Position numbers and translations under genes: made by a program. From an uncultured bacterium (GTDB lineage Bacteria > Patescibacteriota > Patescibacteriia > Magasanikbacterales > UBA922), in contig CALMAY010000037.1 of NCBI GenBank assembly GCA_937861125.1, positions 196,941-260,940 on the forward strand: a DNA stretch of 64,000 nt, read 5' to 3'. The notes beneath the pieces were generated by a model. The model did not search any database and was not told where the DNA came from. It saw nothing but the letters and a program-made list of their open reading frames with translations. The number at the start of each line of letters is the position of its first letter. The stretch's first letter is position 1. Positions 52,311 to 61,768 of this stretch are shown here, piece by piece.

Positions 52311-53312
52311 ATGGGCACTACTCGTATTGCAATCAACGGCTTTGGTCGTATTGGTCGTCATGCGTTCAAAATTATCGCAGCGACCAAAGGAATGGAAGTA
52401 GTTGCGATCAATGATCTTACTGATAGTCGAACACTTTCACACCTTTTGAAATACGACACTGCCTATCCTGATTTCGCATCTGCTGTGTCGTATGATGAAA
52501 AAAATATCATCGTTGCAAAGAAAAAAATTCCTGTGTACGCAGAAAAAGAACCACAGCTGTTGCCATGGAAAAAATTGAAAGTGGATGTGGTGCTCGAATG
52601 TACCGGAAGATTTACGAGTAAAGAAGGTGCTGAGCTTCATCTCAAAGCTGGTGCGAAAAAAGTAGTGATTTCTGCTCCAACTAAAAGTGCTGATGTACCA
52701 ACCTTTGTGATCGGAGTCAATGAGAAACAATACAAAGGCGAAAGTATCGTCAGTAATGCATCGTGTACGACTAACTGTGCATCACCAGTGATGAAAGTAC
52801 TCGAAGATACATTTGGAATTGAGAAAGCAATGCTCACTACTGTGCATAGTTACACCGCCACACAACCACTCCAAGATGGTCCAAGCAAAGATCTGCGTGA
52901 AGCACGTGCAGCGGCACAAAATATGGTACCGACGACTACTGGTGCGGCGATTGCAACCACGCTGACGATCCCGCAGCTTGCAGGAAAATTTGATGGTCTC
53001 TCTGTGCGTGTGCCAACGATTACAGTATCTATGGTAGATATCACTGCGGTGCTCAAAAAAGAGGTGACCAAAGAGCAGCTCAATAGTGCATTTATAAAAG
53101 CAACAAAAGGTCCAATGAAGTCAGTACTGGCAGTCTCAGAAGCGCCGCTCGTCTCATCTGATTTTATTGGTGACGAGCATTCTGCGACGGTTGATCTACC
53201 GCTGACCTATGTGGTTGGTGGAAATCTGGTCAAAGTAATTGCGTGGTATGACAACGAGTGGGGATATGCAAATCGTCTTGTGGAGATGGCAAAATTAGTG
53301 GCAAAAAGATAA
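52311..53312 (+). CDS. gap: Glyceraldehyde-3-phosphate dehydrogenase (type I)
   Basis: RIAINGFGRIGRHAFK, SNASCTTNC and WYDNEWGYANR. Confidence 0.92.
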   Translation: MGTTRIAINGFGRIGRHAFKIIAATKGMEVVAINDLTDSRTLSHLLKYDTAYPDFASAVSYDEKNIIVAKKKIPVYAEKEPQLLPWKKLKVDVVLECTGRFTSKEGAELHLKAGAKKVVISAPTKSADVPTFVIGVNEKQYKGESIVSNASCTTNCASPVMKVLEDTFGIEKAMLTTVHSYTATQPLQDGPSKDLREARAAAQNMVPTTTGAAIATTLTIPQLAGKFDGLSVRVPTITVSMVDITAVLKKEVTKEQLNSAFIKATKGPMKSVLAVSEAPLVSSDFIGDEHSATVDLPLTYVVGGNLVKVIAWYDNEWGYANRLVEMAKLVAKR

Positions 53313-53315
53313 TAT

Positions 53316-54548
53316 ATGGCGATTCGCTCTTTGTCTTCACTTCATATATCACCAGGTGACGTGGTGCTGGTTCGGGTTGATTATAATGTGGCGATAAAAA
53401 ACAAAAAAGTAGTAGAGGATGAAAAAATTCGAGCTTCAATCCCAACCATTCATGCATTACAACAAAAGGGAGCAAAAGTATTGCTTGTGTCACATTTGGG
53501 CAGACCAGAGAGCAAGATCGATGTACAGTATTCTCTTGAACCAGTTCGAAAAGTACTTGAAAAAATATTGAGTTATAAAGTTATAAAGGTAGAAAGCTAT
53601 AAAGTTGTATCTTCGAGTAAAGAAGTTATTTTTGATATTCCCTCTATTCGTGTACAGATAGAAAAGATGAACGCGGGCGATGTAGCTTTGTTTGAAAATA
53701 TTCGGTTTGCCAAAGGGGAGGAGAGAAATGATCGTGCGTTTGCAAAAACACTTGCATCGTTTGCTAATGCGTTTGTACTCGATGGGTTTGCAGTGTCGCA
53801 CCGTGATAGTGCGTCAGTGTCTGGTGTGGCGCAGTATCTACCAGCGTATGCTGGGGTGTTGCTGGAGCGTGAGGTCAAAAGTCTTGGACAAGTTATGGAA
53901 AAACCCAAAAAACCATTTTGCTTGGTACTCGGTGGTGTCAAAATGGAAACCAAGATTCCAGTACTAAAAAAACTGTTACCAAAAACACAGTCAGTGTTGC
54001 TCGGTGGAGGTGTCGCCAATACGTACTTTGCTGCACGAGGATATGGAGTAGGAAAATCAGTGATTGATAGTGCATATACAAAGGAGATTGTGCGATATGC
54101 AAAACAAAAGAAAGTGGTTTTGCCAGTTGATGTGGTGGTGGGCACGCCTGACGGGAAACAATACCGCGTGGTGTCAATTGAAAAAAAGCCGCATCAGATC
54201 TGCAAACGAGGGGAGATGATTTTGGATCTCGGACCTGTAACACTTTTGCACTATGCTACGTATATACAGGCAGCAAAGACGATTGTATGGAATGGCGGTA
54301 TGGGGTATATGGAGGTCAAACCGTATGATGTGGGCACACTCACTGTCGCACGACTCGTCGCAGGGCGATCACGTGGTCAGGCATATGGTGTAGTAGGTGG
54401 TGGTGAGACGATTACCGCTCTTAGTCAGACCAAGATGTCACAGTATGTCGACGTTGTTTCTACTGGCGGAGGTGCAATGCTTGAATTTTTGTCAGGGAAA
54501 CAACTGCCTGGTGTAAAAGTGGTGACAAAAAAATGGTATCATCGATAA
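53316..54548 (+). CDS. pgk: Phosphoglycerate kinase
   Basis: VLVRVDYNV, LVSHLGRP, GGGVANTYF and VVGGGETI...STGGGAMLEFL. Confidence 0.9.
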   Translation: MAIRSLSSLHISPGDVVLVRVDYNVAIKNKKVVEDEKIRASIPTIHALQQKGAKVLLVSHLGRPESKIDVQYSLEPVRKVLEKILSYKVIKVESYKVVSSSKEVIFDIPSIRVQIEKMNAGDVALFENIRFAKGEERNDRAFAKTLASFANAFVLDGFAVSHRDSASVSGVAQYLPAYAGVLLEREVKSLGQVMEKPKKPFCLVLGGVKMETKIPVLKKLLPKTQSVLLGGGVANTYFAARGYGVGKSVIDSAYTKEIVRYAKQKKVVLPVDVVVGTPDGKQYRVVSIEKKPHQICKRGEMILDLGPVTLLHYATYIQAAKTIVWNGGMGYMEVKPYDVGTLTVARLVAGRSRGQAYGVVGGGETITALSQTKMSQYVDVVSTGGGAMLEFLSGKQLPGVKVVTKKWYHR

Positions 54549-54689
54549 AAATATGGTATACTTCCAATGAAATAAAATTATACAAAAATTAAGCATAAAT
54601 TATTTTTAGATATTTGTTTCATTTTTGTATAATTTCTGTTTCGCCTATCTTTATATTTTTCTATTCATTTTTTATTTTTGTTTTGTCTT

Positions 54690-55481
54690 ATGGCAACCAA
54701 TACGCAGCAACCACAACCATTTTTTGGTGAGTTCGGCCGTAAATTTATGGCCACATTAGTGAGTATTTTGTTGGTGTATGTTATCGTACTCGTCGGTACC
54801 ATGATCCGCAATAACATGCAAAAGTATAATACGATCGGTCAGGTAGACAGTATGCCTACTACTATTACCGTAGTTGGTGAAGGCAAGGTAACAGTCAAAC
54901 CAGATGTTGGTACTATCAACCTCGGTTTTTATACACAGGCTGATGATCTCAAAGCAGGTATTGCAAAAAATAATGAGATTATCAATAAGATGGTATCAGG
55001 TCTCAAGGCACTGGGTGTCGCAGAGGGTGATATCAAAACAGGTGGTCCTCAGACCAATCCACGTATGACATGGAATCCAGATGGAAGTAGTACACAAAAT
55101 GGATATGATATCAATCAAAATGTGACAGTAAAGGTACGTGATTTAACAAAATCACAAGACATTATCGGACTCGCTGGTGAGTCAGGGGCAAACACTGTCT
55201 CTCCACTTACCTTTGATGTAGACGAACCAAAAAATTATGAAGCACAGGCTCGACAAGAAGCAATCAATGAAGCATATGAAAAAGCACGTGTGCTGACACA
55301 ACAGCTCGGTATTTCAATTGTTCGTATGTCAAGTTACTATGAGACTAATAATGGTGGGTATCCAATGTATGATTATGGATATAACGCTGGGATGCCAATG
55401 GCAAAAACAATGGAGTCCACTGTAGAGCCAGGCAGTCAAGATGTAAACGTAGTAGTAAATATTGCTTTCGAAGTTCGCTAA
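54690..55481 (+). CDS. SIMPL/DUF541-domain protein, membrane-anchored
   Basis: TM segment, then TITVVGEGKVTVKPDVGTINLGF...QARQEAINEAYEKARVLTQQLG, typical of SIMPL (from memory). Confidence 0.6.
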   Translation: MATNTQQPQPFFGEFGRKFMATLVSILLVYVIVLVGTMIRNNMQKYNTIGQVDSMPTTITVVGEGKVTVKPDVGTINLGFYTQADDLKAGIAKNNEIINKMVSGLKALGVAEGDIKTGGPQTNPRMTWNPDGSSTQNGYDINQNVTVKVRDLTKSQDIIGLAGESGANTVSPLTFDVDEPKNYEAQARQEAINEAYEKARVLTQQLGISIVRMSSYYETNNGGYPMYDYGYNAGMPMAKTMESTVEPGSQDVNVVVNIAFEVR

Positions 55482-55497
55482 GTGTAGTTTCTAAAAA

Positions 55498-55529
55498 ACA
55501 GTCCTGCTACAATAGGGCTGTTTTTTTTC
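55498..55529 (+). terminator. Terminator after the SIMPL gene
   Basis: acagtcct...agggctgt plus T8. Confidence 0.65.
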
Positions 55530-55576
55530 TTAGGCGTGTTGTACACTATAGGGGTATGGATAGTTGGTGCATATTT

Positions 55577-55611
55577 CAACTGTCCAACTTACCAACTTAT
55601 TAACTGATTGT
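55577..55611 (+). repeat. 8-9-bp periodic CAACTNNN array abutting the eno ATG
   Basis: caactgtc|caacttac|caacttatt|aactgattgt|ATG. Confidence 0.7.
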
Positions 55612-56859
55612 ATGAATACAACAATAAAGCAAGTGCACGCCCTAGAAATCCTCGACTCCCGCGGCAATCCAACAGTTCGTGCCTATGTCACCCTCGTAGA
55701 TGGTTCTATCGGCGTGGCTTCTGTCCCAAGCGGGGCAAGTACGGGCACACATGAAGCGTGTGAACTTCGTGATGGGGGCAAACGGTATGGTGGTAAGGGT
55801 GTACGAAAAGCAGTAGACCATGTCAACGGTCCGATTGCCAAAGCATTGCGCGGGCTCGACGCGACGCAGCAGCGGTTTATCGATGGTGTGATGGTCAATC
55901 TGGATGGGACAAAAAACAAAAAGAAACTTGGTGCAAATGCGATACTTTCTGTGTCGCTCGCAGTTGCTCGTGCGGCTGCAATGAGTAAAAAGAAACCACT
56001 GTATAGTTATCTACGCACCGCGTTTCGCATCAAAGAAAAAGGATATTCATTTCCACTCTTTGGGATGAATATTATCAATGGCGGTAGGCATGCGGATAAC
56101 GGATTGACAGTGCAGGAGTTTATGATTGTACCACTGATGAAGACTGTCTCTGAGCGTGTGCGTGTCGGCGCAGAGGTGTTTCATACACTTGGTGCGTTGC
56201 TGAGTAAAAAAGGATTTCATATTGGTGTAGGAGATGAAGGTGGATATGCACCAGAACTTTCCAATAATGAGCAGGCAATTTTATATATTATTCAGGCAAT
56301 CAAACTCGCAGGGTATATTCCTGGAAAACAGGTTGGGATTGCACTGGACGTTGCGGCATCAGAGTTTTATCTCAAGGGACAATATTTTTTTGCAAATAAA
56401 AAAGACGGGATGACATCAGATGCACTTTCAACTGAGTTGCAACGGTTGATAAAAACATATCCATTTGTTTCTATTGAGGATCCATTTGCAGAGGATGATT
56501 GGAGTGCGTGGACACAGTTTACCAAGATATTGGGTAAAAAAATGCCAATTGTCGGAGATGATTTGTTTGTCACAAATGTTGAACGTTTGCAAATGGGAAT
56601 TGAGAAAAAAGCAGGGAATACGATTTTGATCAAAGTCAATCAAATTGGTTCGCTGACAGAAACAATGGATACCATTGCACTTGCACGAAAACATGGGTAC
56701 AAGATCTTTATGTCGCATCGCTCTGGTGAGACGGGGGATACCTTTATTTCTGACCTCGCTGTGGCTGTGAATGCTGAATATATGAAGACTGGTTCGCTCT
56801 CTCGTAGTGAGCGGATTGAGAAGTATAATCGGATGTTAGAGATTGAAGAGGAAATGTAA
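55612..56859 (+). CDS. eno: Enolase
   Basis: IKQVHALEILDSRGNPTVRAYVTL...SHRSGETGDTFISDLAVA. Confidence 0.92.
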   Translation: MNTTIKQVHALEILDSRGNPTVRAYVTLVDGSIGVASVPSGASTGTHEACELRDGGKRYGGKGVRKAVDHVNGPIAKALRGLDATQQRFIDGVMVNLDGTKNKKKLGANAILSVSLAVARAAAMSKKKPLYSYLRTAFRIKEKGYSFPLFGMNIINGGRHADNGLTVQEFMIVPLMKTVSERVRVGAEVFHTLGALLSKKGFHIGVGDEGGYAPELSNNEQAILYIIQAIKLAGYIPGKQVGIALDVAASEFYLKGQYFFANKKDGMTSDALSTELQRLIKTYPFVSIEDPFAEDDWSAWTQFTKILGKKMPIVGDDLFVTNVERLQMGIEKKAGNTILIKVNQIGSLTETMDTIALARKHGYKIFMSHRSGETGDTFISDLAVAVNAEYMKTGSLSRSERIEKYNRMLEIEEEM

Positions 56860-56907
56860 TAAGTGACGAAGAAAAGAAGTTGTGAAGAAACGAAAAGAAA
56901 ACAAAAA

Positions 56908-56933
56908 AGAGAGTAACGTTACTCTCTTTTTTG
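56908..56933 (+). terminator. Terminator of eno
   Basis: agagagtaac/gttactctct palindrome plus T6. Confidence 0.75.
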
Positions 56934-56962
56934 TTCCATGTATGGTATACTATATCTATATT

Positions 56963-58594
56963 ATGAACACAAAAAAGAGTCAGAAGCCTACTCGCCTTAC
57001 TCAAAAGAAAAAGGTGAGTAAAATGAAAGAAAGACGTGTCAAAAAAACACCTGTTGTTTTGGTTATTTTGGATGGATTCGGTTTGGCAAATGAAAAAAAC
57101 AAAGGCAACGCAATTACCAAAAAAACAGCTCCAAATATCTTTGCCTACATGCACCACTATCCGACGACAACGTTGACGGCGCATGGTGAAGCGGTGGGGT
57201 TGTTCAAGGATCAAGAGGGAAATTCGGAGGCGGGACATTTTAATATTGGTGCGGGACGGGTGGTTGAACAGGATTTGGTGCGAATTTCACGTGCGATTAG
57301 TGATGGGACTTTTTTCAAAAATACTGCATTTGAACAGGCGGTGTATCATGTGCAAAAATATAAAAGCGCTGTACATGTAATGGGACTTTTGACAGATAAT
57401 CAAAGTGCACACGCACGACCAGAACATTTGTATGCAACGCTTGAATATCTGCGTAAAAAGAAAATTAAAAAAGTGTATCTTCATCTGTTTACCGATGGAC
57501 GTGATGCGCCACCGCATGCTGCGGTGATGTTCCTCAAGGAGCTTCGTTTGAGATTGTTACCACATGAACGTATTGCCTCTATCTCCGGCCGTTTTTATGC
57601 GATGGATCGAGGTAAAAATTGGGACCGTACCGAAAAAACATATGCAGCGTTGGTGCATCCTGTTGGTACGACACGTATTGCTCGTAGTGCTGAGGAAGCT
57701 ATTATGCATGCGTATAATAATGGAGAGAGTGATGAATATATTCTCCCTACTGCAATTGTTACAGATGATGGTCCGGTTGGGACGATTGAGAGCAATGATG
57801 TAGTATTCTTTTTCAATGCGCGCAGTGACCGAGCGAGACAGCTCACCAAAGCGTTTGTACAAAAAGAGTTTGTTAAACTTAACCCAGGTGCTTTTGTTCG
57901 TCGTGACGCACCAAAAAACATTCGCTTTGTGGCGATGACTGATTTTGGTCCAGATCTTGATCATGTACTTAGTGCGTTTCCGAGTCCAGACGTCTCTATG
58001 TGTCTGGCCAAGGCGATTGGAATGGAGAGAAAACAACTGTATATTTCTGAGACAGAGAAGTACGCTCATGTTACCTATTTTCTCAATGGTGGATATCCAG
58101 ATCCAATTGATGGGGAGAAACGAGAACTTATTCAGTCTACGAGTCATGTGTCTTATGTAGAACGCCCACAGATGGAGATCAAAAAAGTAATTGATACAAT
58201 TATTCATCATATTGAACGAGGGAGATTTGATTTTATTTGTGTCAATTTACCAAATGCTGATATGGTGGGACATACGGGCGATTTTGCAGCAGCCAAGCAG
58301 GCAGTCAAGATATTGGACAAAGAATTAGGAAGATTGGTAGACTGCTTGCGTCAACATCATGGATTGTGTATAGTCACAGCAGACCATGGGAATGCTGAGG
58401 AGATGATTGATCTTAAAACTGGACTTCCATTCACTGAGCATACGACTAATCCTGTACCGTTTATCCTTGTTTCGAACAGACTTTATGGGAAAAAACTACA
58501 TAAGGGTGGCGCGCTGTGTGATGTGGCGCCGACGGTGCTGGGATTGTTAGAAATTGAGAAACCAAAGGAGATGACTGGAAAAAGTCTTTTATGA
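56963..58594 (+). CDS. gpmI: 2,3-bisphosphoglycerate-independent phosphoglycerate mutase, copy 1
   Basis: VILDGFGL, GNSEAGHFNIGAGR, FTDGRDAPP, NLPNADMVGHTG and TADHGNAEEM. Alternative start at 57023 (MKERRV), preceded by aaggtga. Confidence 0.85.
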   Translation: MNTKKSQKPTRLTQKKKVSKMKERRVKKTPVVLVILDGFGLANEKNKGNAITKKTAPNIFAYMHHYPTTTLTAHGEAVGLFKDQEGNSEAGHFNIGAGRVVEQDLVRISRAISDGTFFKNTAFEQAVYHVQKYKSAVHVMGLLTDNQSAHARPEHLYATLEYLRKKKIKKVYLHLFTDGRDAPPHAAVMFLKELRLRLLPHERIASISGRFYAMDRGKNWDRTEKTYAALVHPVGTTRIARSAEEAIMHAYNNGESDEYILPTAIVTDDGPVGTIESNDVVFFFNARSDRARQLTKAFVQKEFVKLNPGAFVRRDAPKNIRFVAMTDFGPDLDHVLSAFPSPDVSMCLAKAIGMERKQLYISETEKYAHVTYFLNGGYPDPIDGEKRELIQSTSHVSYVERPQMEIKKVIDTIIHHIERGRFDFICVNLPNADMVGHTGDFAAAKQAVKILDKELGRLVDCLRQHHGLCIVTADHGNAEEMIDLKTGLPFTEHTTNPVPFILVSNRLYGKKLHKGGALCDVAPTVLGLLEIEKPKEMTGKSLL

Positions 58595-60165
58595 AACCAA
58601 AACCACTTGTACTCGCCATCCTCGATGGCTGGGGCGTCGCTCCGCCTAGTGAGGGTAACGCTATCATGCATGCCAAGACTCCAGCAATGGATAGTTTTTT
58701 GCGTGAGTATCCGTGTATGACATTGTTTGCTTCAGGAGCTGAGGTTGGGTTGTCATTTGGTGAGATGGGGAATTCTGAAGTGGGGCATCTTAATATTGGT
58801 GCGGGGCGTGTCTATTATCAGACCCTTCCGCGTATTGATCATGCAATCGTCGACCGAACATTTCATACCAATAGTGCGTTTGTCCAAGCCGCTGAACATG
58901 TTAAAAAAAATAACAGTAGATTACATCTGATTGGATTGGTGAGTCATGGTAATGTTCATGCGAGTCAAGATCATTTGCATGAGCTTTTAGCATTTGCAAA
59001 ACAACAAGATTTGGATGAAGTGTATATCCACGCGATTCTCGACGGACGTGACGCTTCACGTGATAGTGGGGCGACGTTTATCGAAGAACTTCAGGGGGTG
59101 ATGAAGAAACATAAAGTTGGCGAAATCGCGACACTGTGTGGACGCTACTATGCGATGGATCGTGATAATCGTTGGGATCGTATTGAAAAAGCATATTTGG
59201 CAATGGCACAGGGAATTGGGCAAGCATATGCCAAAGATCCACTTGATGCGATCACTGAGTCATATAAAAATAATGTATTTGATGAAGAGTTTTTACCAAC
59301 AGTGATTGGAAAAGAAGGAAAACCTACCACAGTCATTGCTGATGGAGATGCAGTTATATTTTTTAATTTTCGTCCCGATCGTGCTCGACAGTTGACCAAA
59401 GCATTTGTGTTGCCTGCATTTGAAAAATTTGAGCGACACTATATTGAAAATCTTTTTTTTGTGACGATGACAGAATATGAAAAAGAAACGCCAGTTGTTG
59501 TGGCCTATCCACCAAATGTGGTGGTCAATTCACTCGCAGAAGTGGTAAGTAAAGCTGGGCTCAAACAGTTTCATATTGCTGAGACAGAAAAATATGCACA
59601 CATTACGTTCTTTTTAAATGGGACCATTGAGGATGAATTTCCCAAAGAGGATCGAGCGATTATTCCTTCTCCGCAAGTTGCTACGTATGATCAGGCACCT
59701 GCCATGTCAGCATACGAAATTACCAAAGAGGTGATTCGTGTGATTGATGGGGAGGAATACGATTGTATTTTTCTCAATTTTGCTAATCCAGATATGGTGG
59801 GGCATACAGGAAATCTTAAAGCAACGATTGAAGCGATAGAAATTGTGGATGAATGTTTGCAAAAAATTGCAGATCACACATTGGCAAAAAATGGTGTGTT
59901 GGTAGTCACTGCAGATCATGGCAACGCAGAAGAGGTGACCAATGTGCAAACAGGAGCAATGGATAAAGAACATAGTACCAATCCCGTTCCACTTATTATC
60001 ATTGGCAATCAGTATCGAGGACTTGCTGGTCCAGCAGGAGATCCTCCAAATGGCGATCTCTCACTGATGCCGCCAGTAGGTATGCTCTCAGATGTGGCGC
60101 CAACTATTTTGAGATTACTTGAGATAGAGCAGCCTCCAGAGATGACAGGGAGACCATTGGTATAG
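58591..60165 (+). CDS. gpmI: 2,3-bisphosphoglycerate-independent phosphoglycerate mutase, copy 2
   Basis: AILDGWGV, GNSEVGHLNIGAGR, ILDGRDASRDSG, NFANPDMVGHTG and TADHGNAEEV. Its ATG overlaps the copy-1 TGA (ATGA). Confidence 0.88.
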   Translation: MKPKPLVLAILDGWGVAPPSEGNAIMHAKTPAMDSFLREYPCMTLFASGAEVGLSFGEMGNSEVGHLNIGAGRVYYQTLPRIDHAIVDRTFHTNSAFVQAAEHVKKNNSRLHLIGLVSHGNVHASQDHLHELLAFAKQQDLDEVYIHAILDGRDASRDSGATFIEELQGVMKKHKVGEIATLCGRYYAMDRDNRWDRIEKAYLAMAQGIGQAYAKDPLDAITESYKNNVFDEEFLPTVIGKEGKPTTVIADGDAVIFFNFRPDRARQLTKAFVLPAFEKFERHYIENLFFVTMTEYEKETPVVVAYPPNVVVNSLAEVVSKAGLKQFHIAETEKYAHITFFLNGTIEDEFPKEDRAIIPSPQVATYDQAPAMSAYEITKEVIRVIDGEEYDCIFLNFANPDMVGHTGNLKATIEAIEIVDECLQKIADHTLAKNGVLVVTADHGNAEEVTNVQTGAMDKEHSTNPVPLIIIGNQYRGLAGPAGDPPNGDLSLMPPVGMLSDVAPTILRLLEIEQPPEMTGRPLV

Positions 60166-60171
60166 ACAAAA

Positions 60172-60199
60172 ACACTCACGATACCGTGGGTGTTTTTAT
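60172..60199. terminator. Bidirectional terminator between gpmI copy 2 and the DHH gene
   Basis: acactcacg...cgtgggtgt (one mismatch) plus T5. Confidence 0.6.
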
Positions 60200-61341
60200 G
60201 GATTCATTTTTTGTTTGATACTCTCAATGAGTATTGTTTCAGATTCATTAAGTGTTTTATTGCTTAGCTTAATCTGTGCAAGTCGTTTTGTGCCAACTGG
60301 ATTGAATCCTTTGAGGAGATCCAGTGCGTTATACTCTTTGCTTGTACTGAGATGTGCGGTGACAAATGTCTTATCTGCTTCACTTTGTTCGTACAGGAGT
60401 GCTACGAGTTTTGCCTCAGGAGAGTTGATAATGAGTTCATCGATGATATCGATGAGATCTTCTTTGGTTGCACCTGAGCGTGTAAAGTCTTCGCGTGTGA
60501 TAGTAGTTGAGACGAGATTAATATCTTTTTCTAGTTTGAGATGTGTCAGTGCAGTACCCCAGAGTCGTAGCGCAGAGACGGTGCGTGTGCGGTAGAGGTG
60601 CTTGACGATATCATCTCGGTCTGCACCCATGCGGATGAGTTCGCTCGCGGTTGAGAGAGTGTGTGGACGTACATTTTCTGATTTGAAACTACGAGTACGG
60701 GCGATGATAGCAGTAAGTAATGCAGTAGCTACTGTTTTGTCTATATATTCTTTTCCAATTTCTTTCATGAGTGAGAAAAGAAGTTCTCCGGTCGCGGTTG
60801 CAGTGATGTCCACCAGGTTGATATGTCCGTGATGTTCATTACTACTATCGTGATCGATATTAACAACAGGTGTTTTGTGAAAGAGCTCACTGTGCGCACT
60901 GTGTACGATACCCAGCTGTGCATGATCTTGAACCCCCAGTGTAAAGACGAGATCATATTTGAAGTCTGATTCTGCAGTCTTTACTTGCTCTTGTTTCATG
61001 ATGCCGTTTTTGGGTGTGATAAAGATGCGAAGTTTGTCTGAGACGAGATCATATCGGAGTTCATCCACTCCTGTCTCTGTGACGTCTAAAGTGATGATAA
61101 ATGTCTTGACTTGCGTTAGCGAGGGTGCGATACGGTCACTGTGTTTGAGAAATTGATAATTACTACTGAGCACAAAATCAGGCGAGACGATATCTGCTCG
61201 TTTGCCCATGTTTGATAGATATGTAAGCAATGCCAAAGCACTCCCAATCGCGTCGCCGTGTGGAGAGCGGGGAATAGCAATCAGAATATGTGATTTGTCG
61301 CTTATCAGCTTTTTAATTTGTTCTTTTTGTTCGAGTACCAT
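60196..61341 (-). CDS. DHH-family phosphoesterase (NrnA-like; motifs partly degenerate)
   Basis: ILIAIPRSPHGDAIGSALAL and VVNIDHDSSNEHHG. Start trimmed to MVLEQKEQ (61341), because the upstream 114 codons of the ORF-track ORF are Arg-rich and lie in a compositionally foreign segment. Confidence 0.55.
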   Translation of the reverse strand: MVLEQKEQIKKLISDKSHILIAIPRSPHGDAIGSALALLTYLSNMGKRADIVSPDFVLSSNYQFLKHSDRIAPSLTQVKTFIITLDVTETGVDELRYDLVSDKLRIFITPKNGIMKQEQVKTAESDFKYDLVFTLGVQDHAQLGIVHSAHSELFHKTPVVNIDHDSSNEHHGHINLVDITATATGELLFSLMKEIGKEYIDKTVATALLTAIIARTRSFKSENVRPHTLSTASELIRMGADRDDIVKHLYRTRTVSALRLWGTALTHLKLEKDINLVSTTITREDFTRSGATKEDLIDIIDELIINSPEAKLVALLYEQSEADKTFVTAHLSTSKEYNALDLLKGFNPVGTKRLAQIKLSNKTLNESETILIESIKQKMNP

Positions 61342-61409
61342 ATTGTTTGGCTCACCACAGACGACAAGCGGTGTCTCTGGTGAGCCCCTCCTTCCTCCTT
61401 GGATTTGGG

Positions 61410-61673
61410 CTACAGTTTGCGACCACGCGCTCGTGCGAGACGTGGGTCGTAGGTAACGGGTGGACGTCGGTTTCGCCTTTGTCGGCGCCATTTCCTCAAA
61501 AAGAGATAGGCGCGAATAAAGACGAATAGAACGAACGACGTCCCCATCATCCGCGGTGCATCCGGAAACGCTCCTATGGAAAAGAGCATTCCTGTAATTA
61601 CCGTGGTAGTGACGAGGGCGACGGGCGTCTCGACGGAATGGAAAATGATGATCGGATCGTCTTCTTGGGTCAT
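61410..61673 (-). CDS. Small GC-rich ORF: predicted 2-TM protein with a poly-Arg tail (87 aa)
   Basis: Two hydrophobic segments and the tail RKWRRQRRNRRPP...RLARARGRKL. Third codon positions are G/C-enriched in this frame. Local G+C is 35/60 and 36/60 on lines 61441 and 61381. Confidence 0.45.
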   Translation of the reverse strand: MTQEDDPIIIFHSVETPVALVTTTVITGMLFSIGAFPDAPRMMGTSFVLFVFIRAYLFLRKWRRQRRNRRPPVTYDPRLARARGRKL

Positions 61674-61768
61674 CCTTCCTCATGTTTGTCGGAAAGTCGA
61701 CAGCTCACTATATCCTATACGAAGTGTGCTGTCAAGGCAAAATCTGTGGGTAAATACGCTAAAAATGC

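Noticed and set aside
56428-56442. Near-copy of the putative operator (ttCAACTgAGTTGca) inside eno.
   Set aside because: It has one mismatch per outer half-site position, lies in the middle of a coding region (STELQRL) and has no promoter context, so it is most likely coincidental.
61342-61683. The N-terminal 114 codons of the ORF-track 495-aa ORF (60196..61683), which would make a much longer DHH protein.
   Set aside because: The extension (MRKDDPRRRSDHHFPFRRDARRPRHYHG...) is Arg-rich nonsense-like sequence crossing a compositionally foreign GC-rich segment. The DHH homology starts at MVLEQKEQIKKLISDKSHILIAIP (ATG at 61341). A different frame shows better coding signal.
61342-61700. The GC-rich islet as a structured RNA gene (RNase P RNA, tmRNA, SRP RNA or 6S).
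   Set aside because: I could not find the diagnostic strings on either strand: GAGGAAAGUCC plus ACAGAA...GGCUUA for RNase P, the GGGG...GGUUUCGAC 5' end and tRNA-like 3' end for tmRNA, or the GGAAGCAGCC-type SRP domain IV. The third-position G/C periodicity favours protein coding. Only a covariance-model scan can settle this.
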